Of a stretch of 60,648 nucleotides of DNA, positions 8,289 to 16,314 are shown piece after piece. The notes under the pieces are model-generated. The model was not told the DNA's origin. It made no database searches and saw only the letters and a list, made by a program, of their open reading frames with translations. Position numbers and translations under genes: made by a program. Source of the DNA: a virus (taxonomy: Duplodnaviria; Caudoviricetes); the IMG/VR virus record IMGVR_UViG_3300038424_000095, positions 1-60,648 of that record; one strand, given 5' to 3'. Numbering within the stretch: position 1 is the first letter of the stretch; every line of letters starts with the position of its first letter.

Positions 8289-8750
8289 TCAGAATGTCCA
8301 TTTTACGAGTCCCATGCCCCCGTATGCCAGTTTGCCGCTTGCCGTGTCGAAGGCTGCGCATGGGCCGATAGCAAGGCTCAAATTAGGGATTAGGATAGTC
8401 ACCTTGCCACCAATCAGTTTGATGATGTCAACATATGCTGCAGCGGCAAATATCGCCGCAGAAGGAGCACCAGCCGTATTGGTGACTCTCTCAAGCACGG
8501 ACCCATGCAGCGTCAGGGATAGGTTGCTCGCGCCGCCGAGAGTCTTGACATAGGAGGCAATGTCTATGCCCGCCCCGATCGCCAGGAAGCCGCCGGACTC
8601 GCCCTTTTCGAAAAGCAGGGCATTGTCAAGACCCGCCGCAAACGGACCGATCTGCGCCCCCTCCACGGGCTGCGTCTGGGCATGTGCCGTCACTCCCACA
8701 GTCAACATCATCATGAAAACCGCCAGTACCAAAAACATTGTCTTCATCAT
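8289..8750 (-). CDS. Secreted protein, possible outer-membrane beta-barrel
   Basis: Signal peptide ending AHA; alternating hydrophobic strands; C-terminal VKWTF. Confidence 0.65.
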   Translation of the reverse strand: MMKTMFLVLAVFMMMLTVGVTAHAQTQPVEGAQIGPFAAGLDNALLFEKGESGGFLAIGAGIDIASYVKTLGGASNLSLTLHGSVLERVTNTAGAPSAAIFAAAAYVDIIKLIGGKVTILIPNLSLAIGPCAAFDTASGKLAYGGMGLVKWTF

Positions 8751-8836
8751 CGTCCTCCTCTCTTTTATAGCCCCTCGTGATGCAGGGACCGGGGCCAGAA
8801 TGGCGCCCTTTGTATTTGCAATCCGTGCAGCGTGGA

Positions 8837-9433
8837 TCATCCACCCTTTTCATCCTCTTTGCCGTGGGTTAGAAACGGATCGAGAGAAGCGGTATAACTA
8901 CCCTGGTCCCCCTCTCTTGCCCCTGGCCTATGAGCAACGCTGTTTGCCCCAGGCTGTCCTTGTGCATCTCCTGGTAGATTGTCGGAGGTGGCTGTTCCTC
9001 CGCCCGCGCAATTGACTGTGACAGCCGGTCCAGTAGGCTGTTGGGCATTCCCTGATACATTGTTCACCCCCGGAAGGTCAGCCGGGCCGATCCCCGGCGT
9101 GGACATGATGGTAGCGTTGAGAACGTCCTTGAGATGTTCCGTATCCACGTTAGGGTGCTGCATAGCGAGGTTGCCGAGAGCATTGGCCCACTTCTCTCCA
9201 CCCGTTATTTTGTCGCCCCCTTTCTTTATGGCGTCGGCCGCCTTATTCTCTTGGGCAAGCATAGCCACGTTGGCATCCCTTATGAGAATGTCTTCAAGGA
9301 ATTTCAGAAAGCCAAGATGATACCGCTTGCGAACAGTATCAAGAATCTTCGTCAGGATCACGATGGCGATTGTGCCCGCTACTGGGCAAATATAGTGCAA
9401 AAACACATAGGAAAACAGATCACCCCACCCCAC
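8837..9433 (-). CDS. Holin-like protein (LL-H-type architecture)
   Basis: One N-terminal TM, helical domain with G.EK...A motif, disordered tail; GGAGGT plus GTG. Confidence 0.55.
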   Translation of the reverse strand: MGWGDLFSYVFLHYICPVAGTIAIVILTKILDTVRKRYHLGFLKFLEDILIRDANVAMLAQENKAADAIKKGGDKITGGEKWANALGNLAMQHPNVDTEHLKDVLNATIMSTPGIGPADLPGVNNVSGNAQQPTGPAVTVNCAGGGTATSDNLPGDAQGQPGANSVAHRPGAREGDQGSYTASLDPFLTHGKEDEKGG

Positions 9434-9445
9434 GTTACACCTCCT

Positions 9446-9610
9446 CTATTCGTCCCTTTCCTCTATCTTCCGTTCTACCAAAACACCGTCTTCATAGCGT
9501 TCTGTGATAAGCCTCGTTTTTTTGACAGGAACAGACGACGTTGGGGAGCATGTAATCATCGGGTAGAAGATTTGGGGCCACCAGGGGTTATAGTAATAGT
9601 ATCCAGGCAC
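9446..9610 (-). CDS. 54-aa hypothetical protein (not in the ORF track)
   Basis: GGAGGTGTAACGTG RBS/start; MPGYYYYNPWW...; flanked by a 14-bp direct repeat. Confidence 0.45.
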   Translation of the reverse strand: MPGYYYYNPWWPQIFYPMITCSPTSSVPVKKTRLITERYEDGVLVERKIEERDE

Positions 9611-9611
9611 G

Positions 9612-9875
9612 TTACACCTCCGTCTTCTTCATTACGAGATTTCCCCATCCGCTCAGTACGGTCTCGATCCTGGCGGGGATCCATTGTACCGTGGCATAGA
9701 CGACATGACCCCTGACGCCCTTGATAGTAATCATCCCCCCGCATATGCCGTCTGCATCATCTTCCAACCTTTCCCGGGCCTCTTTGATGGCAGACTCGAG
9801 ATAGATATGCGTTCCGGTGGGAATGCGGTTGTCGTGGGCGTCGAAAAGCACATACTCGCTCATGGTTTCCTCCAT
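9612..9875 (-). CDS. Hypothetical protein
   Basis: Coupled ORF in the late operon. Confidence 0.5.
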   Translation of the reverse strand: MEETMSEYVLFDAHDNRIPTGTHIYLESAIKEARERLEDDADGICGGMITIKGVRGHVVYATVQWIPARIETVLSGWGNLVMKKTEV

Positions 9876-10261
9876 GGCACGAGGCCGCCTATCAACGACT
9901 GTATCGCTTTGGGGGATGGCGTGATGATGGCGACAGTATTCTCCCCGTCAAGACTTGTCCAGCCCTGAATAGAAATCACATACCCGTCGTTCGTCAAAAA
10001 ATCGAACCAGCCGCCCTTCATGGCGTAACTTGATAGATCGCCCGGCCTTACCGATCTCACATTGGTTATGATCCCTTCATATATGCCCTGAGAAGTAGCC
10101 AGCCATTTAGTCTGGAGATCCCCATGGCACTTGTATATATCACCGTGGAAGACTCCTTCAGGATAATAGACTAATGTGAAATTGATCGGCCTCGTTATTG
10201 AATGAGACGCACAGGCGGAGAGAGTCAAACAGACAAACAACAAAAAAATGAGGGTCTTCAT
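9860..10261 (-). CDS. Lipoprotein
   Basis: Lipobox LSAC after a hydrophobic core; GGAGG RBS; follows the endolysin. Confidence 0.65.
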   Translation of the reverse strand: MKTLIFLLFVCLTLSACASHSITRPINFTLVYYPEGVFHGDIYKCHGDLQTKWLATSQGIYEGIITNVRSVRPGDLSSYAMKGGWFDFLTNDGYVISIQGWTSLDGENTVAIITPSPKAIQSLIGGLVPWRKP

Positions 10262-10270
10262 GCCGCCTCC

Positions 10271-10630
10271 TTACGTTATCTCAAAGTGCGGATAATCCGG
10301 CGTGTGCCATAGTCCCCCTGGCGTGAGGCCGACCCCTTGTCCTATTTTTGCAGCTTCAAGGTAGTCAGGGATTCCGTCCCAATACACTTTCCCATCTTTT
10401 GTTAGAGCAATATCGAAAGCTTTCCGTTCCTGATGCTTGGAATGTTTTACCCACGTCACTACTTTACCCGGCGCAGTGCGCCCTTGCGCATAGAGCCGGT
10501 CTTGCTCTGCCTGATCCCGATAGGTACACGTCACCACGAAGGATAGTTTTGCTTCACTCATGGCTTTAGCGAATTTCCAATAGAGGGCTTGAATCTCTGG
10601 AAGAAGGTCTTCTATTTTTCTACTTGTCAT
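10271..10630 (-). CDS. Endolysin, peptidase M15 family (L-Ala-D-Glu peptidase-like)
   Basis: TYR...EQDRLYAQGRT.PG, SKH...AFDI, DYPHFE. Confidence 0.9.
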   Translation of the reverse strand: MTSRKIEDLLPEIQALYWKFAKAMSEAKLSFVVTCTYRDQAEQDRLYAQGRTAPGKVVTWVKHSKHQERKAFDIALTKDGKVYWDGIPDYLEAAKIGQGVGLTPGGLWHTPDYPHFEIT

Positions 10631-10949
10631 TATTATCCCTTCCCTTCTCAGTTGTATTATTTAGGCAGTGCCCATCCTTAGCATCAAGCATCGGTGCCCC
10701 CTTCCTCCCGCAGTATCCTGCGGCGTAGTAGGCACAGTCCCGGCCCCCGCCATTGATGCAGATGTAGGGTTCTTTATCTTCAGGTTGTTTTTTCACACTT
10801 CTCCGGGATGCGATTGGCAGCCACAAGAGCGCCGATCTGCATTTGCTCGGGCCATTTCTCCCACATTAGCGCGAAGGCATCGAGTCTTTCCTGGTCATCC
10901 AATGCCTTGAACAGAATCCACCATGTCTTTTCGTATATGCGCCAAGGAC

Positions 10950-11393
10950 TCATCTTATCGCTCTCAGCAGAAAACCCACGAATCCCATTACCATGCCAAA
11001 TACGGCAAGCACGGTGGCGATAGTGACCGACCGCTGTGATGCCTTCCCCGCCAATTCTGCCCTACTTAGTTCTAATGTTCTGATCTTATCTTCAATCCTC
11101 GCAACCGACTGGTCAAAGTCGCTTCTCATGCAAAAGGCCGTCATTCGATCCTTGATGGAAGAATACTCAGTACGGTCGATGAATCGAGATGTCTGGTCCT
11201 TCAGGGCCTCGCGAAATTCATTCATGGATGCAAGCCTCACACTCATCTTCTCGTCGGCTTTTTCGAGGGCAAGGGTGTTCAGTTTAAAATGCTGATCCAG
11301 TCTCTTCTCCAAGTCAGAAATCTTGTTGAGCAAAAATTCCTTGAGAGATACGCCGTCTTGGTAGTCGAAGGAGATGTGGTCTTTGTCGTTCAT
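10950..11393 (-). CDS. Coiled-coil protein with C-terminal TM (lysis region)
   Basis: RLASMNEFREAL motif; C-terminal hydrophobic helix; ATGA-coupled. Confidence 0.7.
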   Translation of the reverse strand: MNDKDHISFDYQDGVSLKEFLLNKISDLEKRLDQHFKLNTLALEKADEKMSVRLASMNEFREALKDQTSRFIDRTEYSSIKDRMTAFCMRSDFDQSVARIEDKIRTLELSRAELAGKASQRSVTIATVLAVFGMVMGFVGFLLRAIR

Positions 11394-11776
11394 CGTTTAG
11401 TCCTACTGGGATGCAGTCCAAGGTTGATTAATATTTGAGTGACGTTATACGAAAGCACCCCTACGGCCTCATTGTTCCCCTTGGCTATTTCCATAATCAT
11501 GTCCAGTTTCTCTTTGACGGCATTCACCTCGGATGCTGAAAGCTCCCGAACCCTTGTCGCATCGTGCTTCGCTTCTTCATGATAGGATTCGATAACCTTC
11601 TCCCACTTCTCTTTGCATTGATGACATTCGCCCACTGGAACGGTGCCGTTTTCCAGACGGCAAACTCTCTTGTCCAAGTCTGAGACGTGTTGCCTGACCG
11701 CATAGAACACGCCGACACCGATTATGAATGCCATAATTATCGAGCTTGGAAGGTGAGTCAAGATGTCTGAAAACAC
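11390..11776 (-). CDS. N-terminal TM plus coiled-coil protein (holin/antiholin-like)
   Basis: TM helix followed by a heptad region; GGAGG upstream of GTG. Confidence 0.65.
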   Translation of the reverse strand: MFSDILTHLPSSIIMAFIIGVGVFYAVRQHVSDLDKRVCRLENGTVPVGECHQCKEKWEKVIESYHEEAKHDATRVRELSASEVNAVKEKLDMIMEIAKGNNEAVGVLSYNVTQILINLGLHPSRTKR

Positions 11777-11805
11777 TGTTAATCCTCCATGCGGCTGTGA
11801 TAATG

Positions 11806-11814
11806 TGGTATAAT
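11806..11814 (+). promoter_or_regulatory. Extended -10 promoter for the counter-oriented HNH gene
   Basis: TGGTATAAT about 70 nt upstream of the HNH start. Confidence 0.55.
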
Positions 11815-11883
11815 AAAGAACGGGCCACCACGGAGCGCGAACTCCGAAGCAGCCCTGAACACCGACCCTACATGGAGGATCGA

Positions 11884-12360
11884 ATGTCTAACCAATACGT
11901 TATCACACCCAAACAACCAATCAAAGAAAGATTTGAAAATCTTATTTCCATGGAACCAACTACAGGATGTTGGTTGTGGATGGGGAGATGGGGCAAAACT
12001 GGGCTGTATGGACAATTCAAAATAGGGAGAAAAAACTGCAAAGCCCACCGAGTCGCATACGAGTTGTACGTTGAACCCATTGCTGAAGGGAAGTGTGTTC
12101 TTCACCATTGCGATACGCCGCCATGCTGCAACCCTAAGCATTTGTTCCTTGGCACTTCGAAAGACAACGTACATGACTGTATTAAAAAAGGAAGAAAACC
12201 AATAGGAGTAAATGCCTCTGGTGTAAAAATCACCGAGGAACAAGTAAGAGCGATACGGAAGGATACCGATTCTGAACACGTCATGGGATTGAAATACGGA
12301 ATTGCTGGATCTCATGCTGGAAGAATAAGAAGAGCGCAAGTGTGGAAGCATATTCAATAG
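11884..12360 (+). CDS. HNH homing endonuclease, counter-oriented in the late operon
   Basis: GCWLWMG...AHRVAY...VLHHCDTPPCCNPKHLFLGT..DN; C-terminal HTH-like region; GGAGG RBS. Confidence 0.9.
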   Translation: MSNQYVITPKQPIKERFENLISMEPTTGCWLWMGRWGKTGLYGQFKIGRKNCKAHRVAYELYVEPIAEGKCVLHHCDTPPCCNPKHLFLGTSKDNVHDCIKKGRKPIGVNASGVKITEEQVRAIRKDTDSEHVMGLKYGIAGSHAGRIRRAQVWKHIQ

Positions 12361-14936
12361 CCGCTCCCGTTTTGTATGTAGCCACTGCCGTATGTGTAGC
12401 CGTAGAAACCACCGAAGCCTACGCCGGAATTTAGAAATTCCCACGCGCCCATCGATGGCAAAGTACCTCCGGCATGAGTGGAATACCCTCCGTAGTCGGT
12501 CAATAAGCCCACTGAAGTGCCCTTCCATATCGCGGGGCTTCCTGGGCATAGCTTGAAATCTGCCGCCACGCTGTAACTCCCCGAGGGGTTGGTGAAGAGG
12601 GGATTGGCAGAAATGTTCCCATTCGATCCTGTCGGGTTTGTTCCCCCTGAGTAGTTCGCCGTGGTGTTTCCATACACATCGTTATTGTTGAAGGTGTAGT
12701 TCCAATTCGTCGCGTCCCTGACGCCATAGGCCGCGTTGTTGTAGACGATGTTGTTCTTGAACAAAATTCCGGTCTGCCCTGATCCGGTGTAGCCTCGGTT
12801 ATTTCCGTAAAGGTCGTTGTTGTAAATTGCCGCGCCGTTTCCACCCACGTTAAGCGAGATTCCAGATTCTCCCGCTACCGTATGGCCCGTTATGATGTTG
12901 TCGTAAATCTGTAAACCAGTGGCCCCAGCATTCTGAGTCTCGATGCCGTTGGCGGTGTTCCCGTGGATGTAATTCTGATAGATCGAGACGTTCGCCCCGC
13001 TGACCTGGATACCGTCGAGAGGACAAAGAGATATGTTGTTTTTGAAGATTGAAACAGTCGAGGCTCCTGGGACAATGGAAATACCGTGGCCTACTGGCCC
13101 AGACGCAGTGAGAGTGTTCCCAGAAACTGTGAGGCCGGTTCCTCCGAAATAAATTAAGTCCCCATTCCCGCCATTGGCGATCGAGTTATTTGTTATGCTC
13201 AGGGAAGTCGCAGCAGGAAAGTAAAGTGTGTCCGTTGCCACCCCGCATCCCGTGATCGTATTTCCAGTTATTGACCAGTTATTAACCGCATAGGTGGCTG
13301 TGCTGATAGCTGGCTGGACCGTATTCGATATGCTGTTGTTGCTGATCGTGACGTTAGCCACGGTGTCATTTGCTCTCACCGCATCGGTCATCACCCCATC
13401 AAAGGTGTTTCCGCTGATCGTGAGGCCAGAAGTAGCGGAGTCATAGGTGTAAACCCCGCTCCCGAGGTTCGTACCGTCAGAGCAATCATGGATATGATTG
13501 TTCTGGATAGTGTTATTGGTTGCGCCGCCATGCACGACGATGCAGCCGAAGCCGTCTTCTTTCGTCGAGTAGACATTATTTGAAATGTCCGAATTTTCGA
13601 TCAAGGCTCCCGCCGCCGTGTTGTAGATCGAGATTGGCGTAGTGACGAGGGAATTGTACGCGGTAACATTGTTAATCACACATCCCGATGTAGCGCCGGT
13701 GTAGCAACTTACGCAATGGCGGCGATGGTTTCCCGTCGAGAGGTTTTCGACTACCGTGTCTATTCCGGTGACGTTGATCCCGCCCATTGTCGCATCTGAG
13801 CCGCCCGTCCGAGTCGTGTCTATGCCGTTTATGACGAGATGGTCTTTATTGTTCGTGTCGATGCCCTGATCGACGTGGTAATGCTCATAGGTTTTGCTGT
13901 TCGTGGCTACGTTTGTTCCGTCCCAGGCATGGAGGTAAGTATTCGCTCCGTCCCAGTACCAACTCCCAGCGTTTGACTCTACCGCATTGATGGATGTCTG
14001 CTGGTTCATCCCGACGGTGTTTTCCCACACCCATCCTGGGGTAGAGGCCGCTGCGGCAGTGTAGGTGTAGGAGTAAGAGGCGCCTATGGCAATTATCTTG
14101 GAGACGCCGCCATTCGTGCCTAATGCCCCGTATCCGGTTGGCTGGGTCGTGGCCTGAGAGTCGTCACTGGCAACGCTCTTGTACCACATATTCACGCCGA
14201 TAGGAGCGCCGAAATTAGGATACGCGGAACTATAGGTCGTCGCCACGACCTGCGCGACGGCGTGGTCGAGAGCATAAGTGATCGTATCCGACTGCTTGCA
14301 GGTGTTCTTGGTAATCGTTGTCCCGCTGGCTCCCGAGTCCCATGTAACCCTAGTCATTGCCGAGGCGTTACTGTTTGTTCCCGTAGCCGGGCCGATGCCT
14401 ACGCCTACAAGGACGGCGTCATTACCTGCTGACGCACACAGTTCGACCTTGATTTGAGCGGCGCTTACGCTAAGGTGGGTGGTGTCGATCACAGTCCGAT
14501 AGCCGTAATAACTTCCTCCTCCAGCGTTGCTCACAGCGTAGGAATAGGTATTGACGTTGCCGGGATTGTAAAGCGTGTATCCGGAGGTTGAGAAGACTGA
14601 CGAGCCTATAATAAGAGGGTTTGCTCCAGTTGTTCCATATGCCCCAAAGGTTATCGGATGCCCCGTTGTGCCAGAAGAGGGAACGGTGAGTTGCTCTCTC
14701 CATGTATCGCCCCTGTTGAACAGGATTTGATCATCACCAGAGAAAGACGCGCCATTGACCTTGGCGATGGTCTGCCAAGGCCCCGTGGTCCCCGTCGTGT
14801 GGGCCTGCTGTGTCCCGTCGTAGGAATCATTACCGGCGTTCGCGACGTAGTACGTAGCCGCATTGGCCCATACGAGCCACCCGAGGACGATGGCGGATAG
14901 GAGGAAGCAGATGAGGGAGAAACGCTTTAAGCGCAT
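12354..14936 (-). CDS. Right-handed beta-helix (pectin-lyase-like) tailspike/depolymerase-like protein with Sec signal peptide
   Basis: Start MRLKRF...ANA; YYVANAGND, GPWQTIAKVN, GDDQILFNRGDTW; many parallel beta-helix repeats; C-terminal SPAIWKG...MGAWEF. Confidence 0.85.
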   Translation of the reverse strand: MRLKRFSLICFLLSAIVLGWLVWANAATYYVANAGNDSYDGTQQAHTTGTTGPWQTIAKVNGASFSGDDQILFNRGDTWREQLTVPSSGTTGHPITFGAYGTTGANPLIIGSSVFSTSGYTLYNPGNVNTYSYAVSNAGGGSYYGYRTVIDTTHLSVSAAQIKVELCASAGNDAVLVGVGIGPATGTNSNASAMTRVTWDSGASGTTITKNTCKQSDTITYALDHAVAQVVATTYSSAYPNFGAPIGVNMWYKSVASDDSQATTQPTGYGALGTNGGVSKIIAIGASYSYTYTAAAASTPGWVWENTVGMNQQTSINAVESNAGSWYWDGANTYLHAWDGTNVATNSKTYEHYHVDQGIDTNNKDHLVINGIDTTRTGGSDATMGGINVTGIDTVVENLSTGNHRRHCVSCYTGATSGCVINNVTAYNSLVTTPISIYNTAAGALIENSDISNNVYSTKEDGFGCIVVHGGATNNTIQNNHIHDCSDGTNLGSGVYTYDSATSGLTISGNTFDGVMTDAVRANDTVANVTISNNSISNTVQPAISTATYAVNNWSITGNTITGCGVATDTLYFPAATSLSITNNSIANGGNGDLIYFGGTGLTVSGNTLTASGPVGHGISIVPGASTVSIFKNNISLCPLDGIQVSGANVSIYQNYIHGNTANGIETQNAGATGLQIYDNIITGHTVAGESGISLNVGGNGAAIYNNDLYGNNRGYTGSGQTGILFKNNIVYNNAAYGVRDATNWNYTFNNNDVYGNTTANYSGGTNPTGSNGNISANPLFTNPSGSYSVAADFKLCPGSPAIWKGTSVGLLTDYGGYSTHAGGTLPSMGAWEFLNSGVGFGGFYGYTYGSGYIQNGSGY

Positions 14937-15865
14937 AGTAATACCTCTTTGTCGGAATAGATAATTGCGGCCCACACGACGCTTATCAGTGCTAGCGGTA
15001 GGATATGCCAAGTAAAGAACGGCACGGCAGATACACAAGCAAGTGCAAGGCCCCACAGAGGTATCCGATCGATGCCTTGTAGTCCACGCCGAATGGTACG
15101 GTAAAGGGTCCACAGGAATAGGGCGATTCCCACGATCCCGAACCGCCAAGCAATCTCGACATATTCATTGTGAGCTTCCAGGAAAAGGTTGTTGTTCTGA
15201 GCGTTATAGAATTGAAAAAGGTGGAAACATTGCCCGAACCACAGGGCCTTTCCCATATCGTGAATGGTGAAGGACCACGCAGCCCACCTGCCCGAGATGT
15301 GCTCAATGACACCGTAATGCTGTGAGGAATTTACAAGAGGAGAAGCCAGGATAAGCCCACCTATGCAAATGGGAATAAGAAGTTGCCACCTTCTCTTTCT
15401 GAAGAATGCCGGAAGACATATCATGTAGAGCGCAAAGGTCTCGTCCACGTTGCTCATGAGTCCGACCAGTTGTCCATTAGTCGGATGGATAAGAAAGGAG
15501 ACGTGAAAATACTGCAAGGCCTGAAATACGATATTCAGCCCCGCGATAAGGATAAGGGCGTCATAAATGAGCCCCTTGAAGGCCCACCAGTGAGGCGCCG
15601 TCATGACTATGAAGAGGAAGAAAACCGACAGGGCCACTATTGTCGAGAGGATCGTGATGTTTATTCCCCTGAGCGTCTCGTAACAGGTATAGAGAAGCAA
15701 AGCCCCTATGGACCAGCTTACGGAGAACAAGGCAATGAGTCCGGAAGCGGCGAGGAAGATGAATTGCATATTCCCGAACCGTTGGACGCGAGGATCTACG
15801 CCGTTCGGTAGAACGAGTACGCATCCGAGAACGAGAATAAAGACAATGATGAGAACGGGCTTCAA
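14927..15865 (-). CDS. O-antigen ligase (Wzy_C/WaaL/PglL)-like multi-pass membrane protein
   Basis: Many TM helices; GRWAAW and EAHNEYVEIAWRFGIVG signature. Confidence 0.8.
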   Translation of the reverse strand: MKPVLIIVFILVLGCVLVLPNGVDPRVQRFGNMQFIFLAASGLIALFSVSWSIGALLLYTCYETLRGINITILSTIVALSVFFLFIVMTAPHWWAFKGLIYDALILIAGLNIVFQALQYFHVSFLIHPTNGQLVGLMSNVDETFALYMICLPAFFRKRRWQLLIPICIGGLILASPLVNSSQHYGVIEHISGRWAAWSFTIHDMGKALWFGQCFHLFQFYNAQNNNLFLEAHNEYVEIAWRFGIVGIALFLWTLYRTIRRGLQGIDRIPLWGLALACVSAVPFFTWHILPLALISVVWAAIIYSDKEVLLCA

Positions 15866-15875
15866 GTTTCCCTCA

Positions 15876-16304
15876 CTAGTGCTTATACACCCCGACCGAA
15901 CACATCGTACCGCTTACCGTGGGCAGAATGGACACGGCGGTGATGGCAAGGTTATTTATTCTCAAGACCGGCTGATATTCGGCTCCGCTGCCGTCCAGTA
16001 TCGACGCGGTCGCGGTAACAACATTCGGAGCAGTACCGGCATATCTCGTGAAGATAGGATTGGTACAACTGAAGGCAACTCCGCTTGCTCTTGCCCCTTT
16101 ATCATCGGTCGGCAAGGTATATGAAACCGGAGTCCCTGCGGTGGGAAGATAGACGTTGTCGATCCACTTGGTCATGGGAAGACCTAGCTCGACAGGGACT
16201 TGGCGCCCCTCTGGAAAGTCAATCTTGCCGAATTCAGTGGCCAGTGCCGTACCGACAAAGGCCAGAAACAGGATTGCCACTACTACCACTACTATTTTCT
16301 TCAT
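15876..16304 (-). CDS. Small secreted beta-rich protein
   Basis: Signal peptide MKKIVVVV...ALA; GGAGGG RBS. Confidence 0.75.
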   Translation of the reverse strand: MKKIVVVVVAILFLAFVGTALATEFGKIDFPEGRQVPVELGLPMTKWIDNVYLPTAGTPVSYTLPTDDKGARASGVAFSCTNPIFTRYAGTAPNVVTATASILDGSGAEYQPVLRINNLAITAVSILPTVSGTMCSVGVYKH

Positions 16305-16314
16305 CTTTCCCTCC

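Noticed and set aside
11779-12549. 256-aa - strand ORF
   Set aside because: Antisense of the HNH gene with implausible composition, although it shows this HNH also has an open antisense frame
14937-15149. N-terminal 71 aa of the 931-aa ORF call
   Set aside because: Overlaps the Wzy_C gene; the RBS (GAGG) and signal peptide indicate the start at 14936
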